Shown one piece after another: positions 1 to 13,159 of a DNA stretch of 64,000 nucleotides. The translations under genes were made by a program, and so were the position numbers. How positions within the stretch are numbered: the first letter of the stretch is position 1; every line of letters starts with the position of its first letter. The stretch comes from Trichosphaerium sp. ATCC 40318 (lineage: Eukaryota > Protista > Tubulinea). The DNA lies in contig JALMLS010000011.1 of NCBI GenBank assembly GCA_038496445.1, forward strand, positions 21,461-85,460. The letters run 5' to 3'. A model generated the notes under the pieces. That model searched no databases, had not been told where the DNA came from, and saw nothing but the letters and a program-made list of their open reading frames with translations.

Positions 1-741
1 CACTCCTAATAGAAGAGCACGTGCCATTGCAACGACCTGAGAGCAGTAGGAGCAATGGGCACTAAGCTGACATGACTTATCATTTTGACCAAATTGCAAA
101 GTTGTTACAAACCATTTCTTATGCGCGTCATTGCCCGGGTCCTTTATCAGTCTAGCTCATTTGGAAGGTGTAAACATTGTGAGATTCTACTATTTCAATG
201 AGTTGGCTTAATAACGGAATGACACACAAGACAAGAATAACATATGCGAAAAACTGGCTTGTTACTTTATCTTGTGGAGAAACTAGTGATTTTATTGGTT
301 TCTTGAGTACTCCCAGCGTACATAGCAATAGCGTGCTGGTTTTAAACTATACTTTAGGCTTTTTATTGCTGTCACAACATGTTGAGTTTGCCATTCTCTT
401 TTCGTTTGTAGCTGAAAATAGAAAGTGAGCACGAGTAGTTTGTAAATAGTTTTAGTCCAAAAAATCTTTCGTACGCTTGACGTGGAGGAGTAGCTCTTTT
501 TTGCCAAATGAACACAGATCAGTATCAAGATTAAGTAACCTTGATTCAAAGTAAAAGCTTACGTTCACACCTCTAAGTGAACTTGGCAAGAATTGTGTCA
601 AGTTTGCAATGGTATTCCCAGATACAAAGTTATGTAGACGTATAGTGTAATAGTTTTGAGCAAATCCACTAAATCCTAACATCACACTACAAGTCTGTGG
701 TGTACCCCGTTCTATACACGGTTACTATGAGCCAAAACAAA

Positions 742-3700
742 TCACGTACTTCTTTCAACTATCAAGACGTCCACCATAGTGGTGTCAGACTTCTTCCATT
801 GTTTTATCTCTGCTTGTGGTATTTCGTCGCATAGTTGAAGAGGGAGTTTAAAACTAACATCATGGATTTTGCTGTTGTATCCTTGAGCTGTTTGTAACAC
901 CTTTGCATAAAAACCTGACTGTGCTACATGATCCAAAAGGTGTATTTCCTCTGCTTTTATGCCAGTAAGAGGGTTTACTATGAGACTTGAGTAGTCCAAT
1001 TTGATGCACTCTAAACAAAATTATCAGTTGTTGGTTCTTAAATATCACGTGTAAATACTGTACTTTTAAAGTTCGGAATTATGACCATGTTTTTGGCATC
1101 AAAGTTAATGAGCTTGTCGCCATAAGAAATCAGAGAGGCAGAGTCGATACGCTCAGAATAATCTACAATGTTGCCGCTCTTATCATATTCGATTGGAAGC
1201 ATTCTCAATTCGATGTATAAATATGTGAGACAGTGACTTAACCTGTTGTGTTTGTCAATTTCTTTGGCTTCCTTTAAAATGTATTCTGCCAACATAGAAT
1301 AGTTCCATTTATCTGAAATTTCAAACTGAGCTTGCCAATGACACTTGTCTCCTTTGCAAATTTTACGAAAGTCCACTTTGAATGGCTCACAGTATGAGAA
1401 ACCTATACCACAGTTAAGTTTTACTCGTTGTCTATGATTTAGCAGTACGAAAATGCTCAGAATCTATCCAAGCCAAGTACTCAGTAATAGGAATATCGTC
1501 TCCTTTTTTAAAATAATCACATATCTAGTTACATAAATAATTTCATAACAATCAAGAATGCGTACAGGAGCTGACAAAAACTGCACCAAATCCTCCTCTC
1601 CAACAACGATAACTTCAGTAAGAGCATCAGGGATTATAATACTTGGATCAGTGCTTTTACCATCTTGATCTCGTTTGAAAACACATCCTTTTTTAATATT
1701 GCTGTGAAGTGTTGCAGCAATAATAATTGCAACACGTTTAATATCACCCTTTGGTGACTCAGAAAGGTGGAGTTTGTTGATCTCCTCCTGCACATTTTTC
1801 AGAGTTCTTGCTGTACCGCCTTGCTAAAAGAAAAAAACATAAGAGCTGGGAGTACATACAGGAGATAAAGTTGTGTACCTTAGTTCGAACAAAAAGTTCA
1901 TAATCGCTGTTCTTCACAAACATGTCAAAAGAATCTAAGTGTACTTAATACAATAATAAATCAGTTTAAGTTCGTACTTGACTTGTCACCAGGAACATAC
2001 ATGCCTGGGGGCAATGATAACCACATTCGCTCAAAGTCGCCCGGGGAAATAGAGGATTCATGTCTGAGCTCTTTGCTAAAGTTGCTTCAGTATTTGCCAG
2101 TATCAAGGTGTAGGTACGTTTCTACTTTCTTCACCGTGGATTCTTTTGATACTTTCTTGGACGCCTTCCTTGGTTGAGCTACTTTTGGTAGCGATTGTGG
2201 CTGTATAAAGGTCAGAATAGAGTCCAAGTAATGTAGACCCTTAAACTAAACGTACACCAATAGTTTCATCAAACTTCACTGCATGGACATGCTACTGAAC
2301 TATTATTACATTGGAACTTTATAGAGCATACCTCAAGACACGATCCCTTGAAGAAGGAGAAAATTTTGACGAGTTCCACTTTGTTTGAATTAAATTGCTG
2401 TAGCCGTTCGTGCATGTACGTTCCCATTCGCCAGTTTACAAACGATTCCATTTGTTTCCCTATAAATAGTTAACATGAGACAATGAAATTTCATCTCCAG
2501 TACATTTTGACGATGCACTCTGAACCATTTGTGAGAACTTCCTTGCTGACACCATTGTTATTATCGATGAAAATTTTGAGCAGCTTATTACCAAAGCTGT
2601 TGAACAGGTTAGCGCCCTTCTTTGACATGTAATCCATAATTAAGCTTGGAATCTTAACCAGTCTACATTGTTTTTCGTTTATGGTAGTATCAATGAAAGT
2701 TACAGGAGCTAAACTCAATATACGATGGAGAGGAATCTGTAACACAGTAAGTAAGAACTAGGTTTGTGAGTTATGTATGTCAAGTTATTCTTGACCTCGT
2801 CTACTATACCTTTGTAATCCTATTATTGTTATTTTTGGAGGGCACTCCTGAAATCATTTCACAGCCGTCAAACGCTTGACTAGGTAATGGAAACATGAAA
2901 GCTTCCAGTGCTAGTAGTTTGGACAAATACAACACAGCTTTTTTATCCCAAAAATACTGCAATGTGTTGGCGTTAATATACTCCATCATATTCTGTTCAG
3001 ACTCGGTTAAAATCCTATGACAGAATCATTAGTCATCGTATTTTTTCAAGATAATTGTACTTTTTCACAATAAGTTCTTTGCCTTTATTGTCAATGAGAA
3101 ATTTGGCGATATAACCGATGAACTTATTGGTCATCCGTGGCAGGCCAGCTACAAAAAACAGCTAAAAAACAAGTTGGTACCAGTACCAAATACCTGTTTT
3201 GGCGTGAACAGCAGCAATAAGCCTTTTTAGAGCGTCTAATTCTAGTGAGGTAAGCGCCATGTACAACTCCTTTTGTTCTGCTAAGTATTTGCTATGGTTG
3301 TCTTTTAGCATTGTCATTTTATCTACAATAGCTTGAAGAATATCTTCCTCACTCAAAGGCTACAACAAGTTATGGTTAAAGTTTAGCAGGGTTTTTATCA
3401 TACTGGCAACACGATCCATCTGGAAGCTGACGGGGACATTGAAGGAAAACCAATTGGCAAAAAAAGTGTTTCATGCCCAGAGAATAGTGGAAGTAACGTT
3501 TTGCTACCACTGCTGGGGATCAAGAGAGATGACCACAACGAATTAAGCCTTTGGGTCTTGGTGTCGTTGGTTACATTACCAGACCATTTGTATGCTAAGA
3601 GTCCGTTTACTTCATCTACAGCAACAACCACTGAGTGATCATGCTTCTTCCAATAATCTTCAAATATACCTTCTAGAGCCCTCGTTAAAAGTGCTTCAAG

Positions 3701-4380
3701 CTAAAAATCTAAACACAACGTACCCATTGTATCCTCTTTGCTAGACAAAGCGACTTGAAGGTGTTGAATAATAAACGTTTGCGAATCTGAAAGTAGCAAA
3801 AAAAATTAGTCTTGCTTGAAAACGTGATATTGATTTCGTACCATACCGGCCGTTTTGATTGCTCCCATCAATGTATACAAATTGTATTGAAAGCAGATTT
3901 TCTTTCACCCATTTTTGAAGAGCTTTATTTACGAACTTGTCCTCATCCACCATAACTTTTAAGGATTGCTGCAATTCATGGACAAAATAAGTTTTACCTA
4001 CACGTTTTAAGCACGAACCAAACAATCACTAGTGTTATATTTACTCAGATACTCTTTGGTTTCCCACAGAAACCCCCTTACAGTAATTTCGGGTACAAAG
4101 ACAGTATTTGTGGGCCGGAAAAGAAAAAGTGAAGAGTTTGAATGATTTGAAGACGGTCTCGTACCACTTCCATAAAATTGGGCGAGGAATGGCACAGGCA
4201 ATCTAGCTGCTTCTTTTAATTTTTCTTGTTTAGCATACTGATAGTCTTTCCAGCACTGTGCAAGTAACTCGTACGCTGCAAGGCGAGGTCTCAACTGAAA
4301 GGGAAGCTTGCCTATGAAAACGTTAAAACAGATCTCCCACAAAAGAGAGTACGCGTACCAATGGCGTTGTTTCCTAGCAT
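742..4380 (-). CDS. Multi-exon Crinkler/CR-effector-like protein: P-loop NTPase, restriction-endonuclease-like fold and unknown C-terminal domain
   Basis: Spliced translation gives a Walker A-like LPVPFLAQFYGS-G|KT (joined across the intron ending ~3998), Walker B VVVAVDEV and AGLPR. These are followed by DSFDMFV...FVRTK, VQEEINKL and EVIVVGEEDLVQFL. GT-AG introns link the ORF-track fragments in frame down to the stop at 742. Confidence 0.6.
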
Positions 4381-4583
4381 GGGTTCTTTTACTGTCTTAA
4401 CAGTCAGTCTACAAGTACAAAAAAAAAAGGTTCGTGCTCGAGCTGTTGCTGCGGCAACAATCAGAGTTTACAGATTACTGCATTTAGATGAAATAGCGTT
4501 GAGTGATTTACATCAATCAAAAAAAAGGTTTTGTATTTTTTTTGAATTTTATTAACGTTATTTTTATTACATAATTGATTCAA

Positions 4584-6385
4584 TTACTTTTTCTTATCGA
4601 AAAATGAACGAATTACTTTGCAAACATACTCAATATCACCCTTGTTGAGCCCGTGGTGAGCGCCGAGTAGGAAACTAAATTAACAGAAATTAGAAGGAGG
4701 AAAAAACCAGGAAAGTTAAAGTTCTGCTTACCCTTCTTTCATGAGCCTATCAGCAACTGGGTAATCTCCATAAAATTGTCTGTAAGCTGGGTGACGAGTG
4801 ATGTTACCAGCGAAGCATACACGTGTTTGAATATCGTGCTAGGAGTAACCAGTTAAAAAAACCATACATTACAAAATCAAGAACAAAAAAATACTTACGT
4901 CTTCGAGGTAGTGGAGGAGGGTGGATCTATCCTCGTACATAAATGGCATAGCGAGCCAATCTTGCATATCCTCAATTGGGACATCTTCAGGTACAACAAG
5001 ACCCTTTGATGATAAATCTAAAGGAAACACATGTTAGACCAAGCAAAGGATGGTTGGGTTTTTTTTTTTGCTTACCTTGGAGATTTTGAATGTAAGTCTT
5101 TACATTCACTCTACGTGTGTGCTTGAAGTGATCAAGCTTTGCGAATTGTACCAAACCAAAGGCACAGTTCATCTCACAACTCTTCAAGTTGTATCCCAAT
5201 TGGGAGTACAAGAATTTAAAGTCGTATGGAATTCCGTCGACGCTATGTTGAAAGCGAACTGACATATCCTATTTTAAGGTCAGGTTACAGCCTTTTTTTC
5301 TGTTGTAAAAATAAACAACACTGTACCTCGCTGTTATCACCAGTACGACCCCAATCTCTGATACAGAGAGCCTTCTTCTTTTGCTCCATAGTGTTGAACA
5401 TAACAATACCTGCAAAAGAATGTTAGAAATGATAAAAAACAGTTTTGTTTTTGTGGCTTTTTTTTTTGCTCACAAAAAGAATTAAGAGCGTACCTCCTGT
5501 ACCACCGCAGGTCATAATGTGAGAAGCATAGAAACTACAGATTGCTACATCAGTTTCAGGCGTGTTTGTGCATGTATCAGCTGAATCTTCAAACAAGAAG
5601 ATTTTTTTCAAGTCTGTGCCTTCACGGGCTTTGTTGACTAAAGTAAAGGCGTAAGAAGACAGTTTAAAAGGTAATGGAGAAGATTACTAACAAAAAGACA
5701 GTTTTTACACTCTAGACATAATAAAATAGCGTACTCTTGTCAGTCTCCTCACGGATCTTCTTCCAGTCTGGTTTAGAACCGACCAAGTTAGGGAGCATGA
5801 TTACCATTGTTTTATCGGTAACTGCGCCCATAACATCCTTGACACATGGTACAATAGTGCGAAATTGAACATCCTGAAGGCTATCAGCAAGTTTTTCGTA
5901 TTGCGAAAAAAACGACGCGTGTAAACATTGTTGCGACAGTGTTTACAGACACGTTACAAGCCTCTACGGCAAAATACGTACAACGAAAACTGGTGTGGCA
6001 CCGAGTTGAACTATTGGTGCTACAGTTGTTGCGAAAGTGCAAGCAGGAGTGACTACCTCATCACCAGGTCCGATACCGAGGGTGGCGAGACCGAGTAGAT
6101 TTGCTGAAGACCCAGAGTTTACAAAGACACCATGTTGCTTACCGAAGTGAGCAGACATCTAAAAGGACGCGTTAGCACAAAAAGCAACAGAAAAACAAAC
6201 AAAAAAAAAAATCTTCTACAAATCTCCTGCTGGGTTACCTTCTCTTCAAACTCGGCTGTCTTAGGGCCAGGCGCAAGCCATCCGTCGCGCAAACACTTGA
6301 GTACCGCTTGGATTTCATCCTCACCGTAAGCTTCAAATTTGTTTGGTGCATACCAGATCTTCTTTGTGTGTTTCAATTCAGCCAT
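4584..6385 (-). CDS. DegT/DnrJ/EryC1/StrS-family PLP enzyme, RfbH(E1)/ColD-like NDP-4-keto-6-deoxyhexose 3-dehydratase type (multi-exon)
   Basis: Motifs [81 protein letters not shown]. Confidence 0.88.
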
Positions 6386-6785
6386 GGTGCGTGTTAGATG
6401 TTTGTTATTGATTATAGCCAAAAGACTAAAAAAGGAATGCAGTCTCGAAAAGTAAAAAAGTCAAAACCCCATTCTTTCTGTCAACTGCTGAGTCACTACA
6501 TATTGCTGACTCATCACAGTTTTTATAACAGTAAAAAACGACGTTTCACTTGATTCTCCGCTAAACGTATCTACGGTGAACTGAATAACATGCTAATGAT
6601 GGTCTACGATGAGCGCTTTACTTATATAGGCAATAAAACCCGAAACAAAAACCAGGTAATCGTATTAAACCGATATTTCGTACAAATTGTTATTATTACG
6701 CTTAACGGCACAAAAAGTGACATGACGTATTAATAGAACGAAGTCATTATACCATCAACATCTAACATAGAGTTTTTATTTACGT

Positions 6786-9700
6786 TTAACAAGAAACAAG
6801 AGGTGTTACATCTCCTGTTACTAAAAATGCGGTTTTTAGAACTTTGTCATTGAACTCTGGTTGTCCTCCTCCGACTGACACAGTTATCTTTCCTGGATCT
6901 ACTACTTTACCTTGTTTAGAATCAAATCGGGCCTACAATTAAGGTAAGAGGAGGTAGGATTAAGGCAACATGAAGGAAAAATAAAAATACCATTTCTCTT
7001 GGCATTATCTCTAGTGTGACACGTTTTGATTCATTTGGTGATAAAGCGATCCTATCGAATTGTGCAAGTTGAATATTAGGTCCTTGCAAAGAAGAATCTT
7101 GCTGTAAATACACTTGAACGACTTCTTCTCCATAAAGGCTTCCAGTATTGGTTACTGTAACCTGTGACGAAAAAAGTTACAATGTAAAATTTGAAGCTAT
7201 CTCACCTCCACTTTGACGCTCTGACAAGGCTTAATACTTGTTGCATCGATTACCAAGTTCGTGTATTCAAACTGAGTGTAACTCATTCCGTAACCAAAAG
7301 GGAACAAAGGTTTGTATGTAGTCATATAACGGTATGTTCTATCTTTCATAGCAGGATCTAAAAAACAAATTACCAAAACTACTAAACCAACCAAAACATA
7401 GAGCAATCAAAACACGTGTTAGGCCCTTTAAACATACTCAAGTAGTCAGGTAAGTCAGTTTCAGACTTCACCCATGAAGTTGTAAGCCTACCACCTGGGT
7501 TATAGTCTCCAAAGAGTACATCGGCAATAGCATTTCCACCTAGATTACAAAAACAGTTAGCAAAGTTATCCTAGACGTCTAATAATTTTACCCTGCTCTC
7601 CAGGATAAAAGGCAGTAAACATAGCAGGTACGGATTCCAACCAACCATCCATAGTAATAGAACCTCCCTGTTGTTCGTATAAGCAATCTAGAAAGACTCC
7701 ATTCATAAAAAAACAAACTCACATTAATAAGGGCTACAGCAACAGGCTTTCCTTTAGCGGCTGCTAACACTTCATGTATGAGTTCCATTTGATATCCAGG
7801 TAGCTTCAAAGAAGTACGATCCTTTTGTTCTCCCTTGCACAACAGTATTAACAATACTCCCTCGTGCGTATTCAAACGTACCTCTATTTCCTTGATACCT
7901 ATCCAGCATATTGGATCGTAAGCACACGTTCTAATGCCCATAACAAGAAGAATAGCATCCGAGGATTGAGCAGCTGAAAAAAAATAAACAACTCACAACC
8001 ACGTGATTCACGTGCCTGAAACAGCGCTTGGAAAATTCGCCGTGCTGTCACACCTTTTTGTGGATTAATTTACAAAGTAATAATAAGCAAGGGGTTGTGT
8101 TTCGTACCAAACTTCATTACACCCTTTTTCCATTTGGATTTTTAGTGAAGGCAATTTTGATCTTATACCCTCAACAATTGAAACAATCTTCTTTGGTTGT
8201 GCAGCATAGTTACCGAGTAAATCAAACGTTGCATTAGCATTTGGACCTATAACCGCCAACTATAATATTGGTTATTACTCATCAAGACTTGAAGAACTAA
8301 GTTTAGTACGTACAGATGAAATAGTTTTTTTGAAAGGTAACATGTTGTTGTCGTTTTTTAAAAGTACAATAGATTGTCTAGCTGCTTCCAACGCTAGCTC
8401 AGTGTGTTCTTTGCTTACAACTATAAAAGTATTACTATTAGTGGCTATAGATTCAAGTACCTTTGGAGAAAGGAACCTTGTTGTAGGATACTTCCCAAGG
8501 GTTATCAAGAAGACCAAGTCGGATTCTAACTCTAAACAAGTTTGATAAAGACTCATCAATTAGATTTTCAGAAATATTTTTAGACTTCACAGCATCAACC
8601 TACTCATCGCTACATTAACAAAGTGGTGCTTTATATACACTATCACGTACTAATGAACCATATAAAAACTTTCCCAGGTCTTGATCACAACCAGCCTTAA
8701 CGGCCACTATGAAAAGTAAAACACAAATAAAAATGGAGGTTGCTTTTTGACTGTACCAATACTTGACTCTTCAGCAGTTTTAACAAAATGATGGTTTTCG
8801 TAAATATCATCAATAGCACCTATTTAAGTTATTATCTTTGTATTTAAACAGTCTCACCTTCGTCGGAAACTACAAAGCCATCAAACCCGTTTTTCTCACG
8901 AAGAAAAGTTCTTAGAATTTTTGGATCTGCACATGTCGGCACACCGTTGATTGCGTTATAACTACACATGACTGACTGAGCCTTGCCGTCTTATAACATT
9001 ATAAGATTAAGCTGCAAAACACTATTGTACCCCTGATACAAGCTTCAAAAGGCGTCAAGTACGTCATTGTGAGGTCTGCCTTAAAAACAAAGTTAACACG
9101 TTTTTTTTCAACGGTAGCTACCTCTGACAAGATTGCATTAAAGCTGTGTCTATCTATTCCGGTGGCATTGTCAAAATTATAAGCAGCGTAATGCTTACAA
9201 CAAGCAACTGCTTGATGGTACTTATCTTAAGAGCGTATTAGTTCGTAAAAACTTCAAGAAACACTTTACCATCAGGACCCTCTTGAACACCTCGAACGTA
9301 GTTTGTAGCATAAATACTAGTGAGGTAAGTATCTTCGCCCGGAGTTTCTTGACCGCGACCCCATCTTGGATCTTAACATAATAAACATCAACACGAGGCT
9401 AAAGAGTAGAAAAAAATCTACCTCTGTAAAGATTTATGTTTGGAGCATAAAATGTAACTCCACTTGTTTGGTCACCGTTTTGCATTGCCTGGAATAACAC
9501 AAAGTTGGTAAAAGTTGTAACACGCAACTATAGTTACATACGTGTGTATACTTAGCTCTGGCTTCATCTGATATTGCCCGCCCAATGGTGTGCCAAAGAG
9601 TCTTATTGAAAGTTGATCCCAAACCAATTACTTTTCAAGGTTAGCACGTGAATAGCCTGAGGTTTGTAAACGGTACCTTGTGGGTAATTCGTTGATAACC

Positions 9701-10282
9701 CAGTTTCACGAGCTACACCATGTAGCGCTTCATGCGCCCTAGGCAAAAAATAAGATCAAGGTTCAGCTAGAGCGATACAATACCAGTTGTATGGAGGTAA
9801 TCCTAAAAGAACACTGTTAGTGCTTAACGATTGCGTTACTAGTACTCACCAAGCCTCATAATACCAGGTACATTTGTAGTGAGTTGGTTTACCTTTTCCT
9901 CCAGAGTAAGTCTAGCGACAATATCTTTCACACGTGCTTCTGTCGAAAGCCTACGCCAAGCTTGAGTATAAGTAATCCTTAAAACGCCAAAAAAGTGCGT
10001 ACGACATGTTTTGGAAGGGCAACAAATGGCATGCATTGTAATCAGTAACACATTTACCGTCTAAAGGACATGCAAGGTACGCCGTAGAGCATGTAGTACT
10101 GTTTGGAAACAGGGAACAACCTGCAAAAAAAAACAATTGGCGAAAGTTTTACCTACTTGTCACGTGCCGCCCGATTTAGTTGTAACGTATGGTGGATAAC
10201 ATGTGAGTGCGTGTAGCGTTAAAGCGAACAAACTTAAGATAATAGCTGCAGTACTACTCTTTAATTTAATAAAACCTGACAT
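6786..10282 (-). CDS. Secreted glycoside hydrolase family 3 (beta-xylosidase/beta-glucosidase-like), many introns
   Basis: Signal-peptide-like N-terminus; [75 protein letters not shown], and an Fn3-like C-terminus. Confidence 0.92.
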
Positions 10283-10531
10283 TATACGGTTTGTAGGCCA
10301 AGCTCAGCGATTAAAAACAATTGTGATGTCACGCCAAAACTACTTAGCAACAGATTGTGTTAAGCCCTGTTACTCAGAAGATTACCCACAAAGACCTAAG
10401 AAGGATAATATTGTAAGGATAGTGGCTCAGTATAGGTGGCTTGTGTTCAGTGATTGAGCGCTGAGTAAGAAGGTTTTTATTACTTTGTTTTGAACGAAAT
10501 TGGACATACAACATCTTCGAACGTAAAATTA

Positions 10532-11850
10532 TTATTTAATCTTTCTTCCTCTACACCAATCCAAAATGAACGTAAAATTATCTCATATGCATAGCCGAGT
10601 TGTCTCCGTCCTACACCGGCTTCACTAAAATGAGAAAGTAAGAAAGAAAACTACAGCAACAAGCAATACTCACCCACTGTTGAAAGCAAAGAGTACAATA
10701 CATTCATGTGTCACAGCTACCTCTATAGCTTTCACACATATTTCTGATTCCTAATAGCCACTGTGAGTGCCATGTATAATTAGAAGGGCCGTACTGTTGG
10801 TTGTAGATTGTCCAAATCGTTTGCAGTTGATATGAAAATTACAATCGGTACTTCACTATTATGCCGTCTTATTCTCGTAACCAAATCATTTGTTTTCATG
10901 TGACTTGTCACGTGTATAATCACACCAGTCATCTGCAAAAATTTGAAATTGTTATATACAGTTTAAAGTAAGAAAAGGGACGTCGTACATCCTTGACACG
11001 TTGAGCAAAATTAGAGTCATATTTAAATTCCTCGATATCAAAACGGACGTCATAAAGAAAGACATGTTGTTCAAAATAACAAGCTGTGATATCTTGTAAT
11101 ACTTTGGAAGAATGAAACTGTGCTATCTCTACCTATTTTATCGCTGAGTCAAGTACAAAGCAATGAAGAAGAATTTTTTTTTCCCGAAACATGTGGAATT
11201 CTACCCAAATGTCAATGTACCTTGTGACGCTGTACGCGAAACGTTGCGTCATAATTCATTGGCACAGCCCAAGTCTTGTAATTTTCGAACAGCCGACGTG
11301 CAGCCGGTGTCCAGATGATTCGTGTTTCACATCTTCGCGACTGATCAATATCATGTTGTTTTATTATAGTTTCTGGAGCGCGAAGTAGTGTAATGGCGCC
11401 TAATCTTCAATTAGTTGGAGATACAGTTTGCCTCCTGGGTTTACCTTTTGTTATACCCGCTATAGCAAGGAACAACGTATGGGGTGCTTTGGAAATGTTT
11501 TTGACAGCTGTGAGTAGCTTATACCGTAAATCACTGGGAAACAATACTTGTAACTGGAATTGGTTATTTTCGAGCTAATTGGCGCGTTTTTGATGCAAAG
11601 AACGCTTATTTGGTGTGACACGGACCAATCTTGGCAGTCTTTCTTCTGATACGCTTCTCAAGCACTTGTTAGTTAATCTTGTGCCCAATATATCAGTTAA
11701 AGAGACAATATGTTCTAAAATTTCACCAACAATTTCGATTGGTAGTTGATTAAACGTGGCGCCTTTAGCACACTTTGGAGAGCGTTCGCCATTGCCCCAA
11801 TTACTTCGCGACCGTTTACCAGAAAATCGCTGTGATATTCGCCTAGACAT
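10532..11850 (-). CDS. F-box protein with uncharacterised C-terminal region (multi-exon; 3' end approximate)
   Basis: FNQLPIEIVGEILEHIVSLTDILGTRLTNKCLR is an F-box signature; downstream exons are bounded by GT-AG. Confidence 0.6.
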
Positions 11851-12416
11851 TGTGTAGCCTTTGTGTAGCTATGTTGTCGTGTACAAAACGAAAGCAGGAA
11901 TTGCTAAGGCACGACAATACCTAAAGCGACTTGTATTGTTCCTTGCGCCACGAGCAGGCGAAGCATTCTTTTCTACTTGAGTTTTTCAACTAGCGCTAAG
12001 TATGGAACGCATCACAGGAGGGAAGTTGCTTATACTACGCGAATTGATCACAGCCGGCCTTTGTACTTAGCCTAAGGCAAAATACGGCCTGTGTACAAAT
12101 ACGGTTAAACTTCTAAAACGGCTCATTTTCGTTTTTTCTTTTTCACGCCTTGGTTCATCTCCGCTGTCACAACGGCTCCTATCACAATACGCAAAACTTG
12201 CGTGTATGCGTCAACAAAGGTCAGAAATAGCGTACATGCCTTAGAAGGACAACAACACGGCCGATTTGTTGTACAGAAAAACAAACAACTAATTCTAGTA
12301 CGTAATCTGTCACAAGTACGCCTAGATTTTCGTTAACAAACTACAAAGTTTGCGTCCTCAACTCGCTTTTGAATAAAATAGCGTATTTGTAAGATAACGT
12401 TAAACTGCAATACATA

Positions 12417-12956
12417 ATGGCATCTAAACTTATACGTTCGAACTGGAATAGCATAATCGCTGTTACACCTCGAAATCCAAAACCATTACAGTACTTCTCA
12501 GCTATATTCTACGATACACTATTCAACGCCCACCCGGAATACAAAGCAGAATTATTCTACAACGCTGATATGTTCGATCAAGGTAATAAACTCGTTAAAA
12601 TTATAACGTTAGTCGTTGAAACAGTGGATACGTTGCACGCTAAGCGTGGAATTGTAATGGCGCTAGGAGCAAGACACGTGAGATATGGCGTACATAAACC
12701 TTCACAGTACGAGCATGTAGGCGCAGCTCTTGTTGCTACATTAAAGATGATTAGTGGTGATTCTTGGAGCAACTACGTTGAAGAAGCTTGGGTATCTACT
12801 TATACAAGATTGAAGGATCTTATGCTAGAAGGCGCGCAGAGAGAGATGAGAAAAGAACAATCACCTAAGTTATCAAAACGTAAAGGTCTGCGAACACAAT
12901 CAAAAAAGACTCTAAAAAGCGCTAACGCAGTAAAGAAAGAATGTACAATACTCTAA
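12417..12956 (+). CDS. Single-domain globin (flavohemoglobin/M-family type) with polybasic tail and CaaX box, intronless
   Basis: FYDTLFNAHPE (B10 Tyr), ELF (CD1 Phe), DQG (E7 Gln), LGARHVRYGV (F8 His), YEHVGAAL, EEAW; ends KKECTIL*. Confidence 0.9.
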   Translation: MASKLIRSNWNSIIAVTPRNPKPLQYFSAIFYDTLFNAHPEYKAELFYNADMFDQGNKLVKIITLVVETVDTLHAKRGIVMALGARHVRYGVHKPSQYEHVGAALVATLKMISGDSWSNYVEEAWVSTYTRLKDLMLEGAQREMRKEQSPKLSKRKGLRTQSKKTLKSANAVKKECTIL

Positions 12957-13159
12957 AACGTCAACTCTTTACCTAGTTTTACGCGTAGATACATAAAACG
13001 CTAAAACAAAAAAGAGAGCTTGTAAGTAGTAATGAATAAAATGTAATAACAGAAACAATTTATTTTACAATGCTTTGTAGAGATGTAATATTTCAAAAGA
13101 GGAAAGTTTTTGCATTTTTGGTTTTTTTTTTCCAATTTTTTCGGGTAACAACTTTAGCG

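Noticed and set aside
1-700. Short ORFs at the window start
   Set aside because: No motifs or consistent exon structure.
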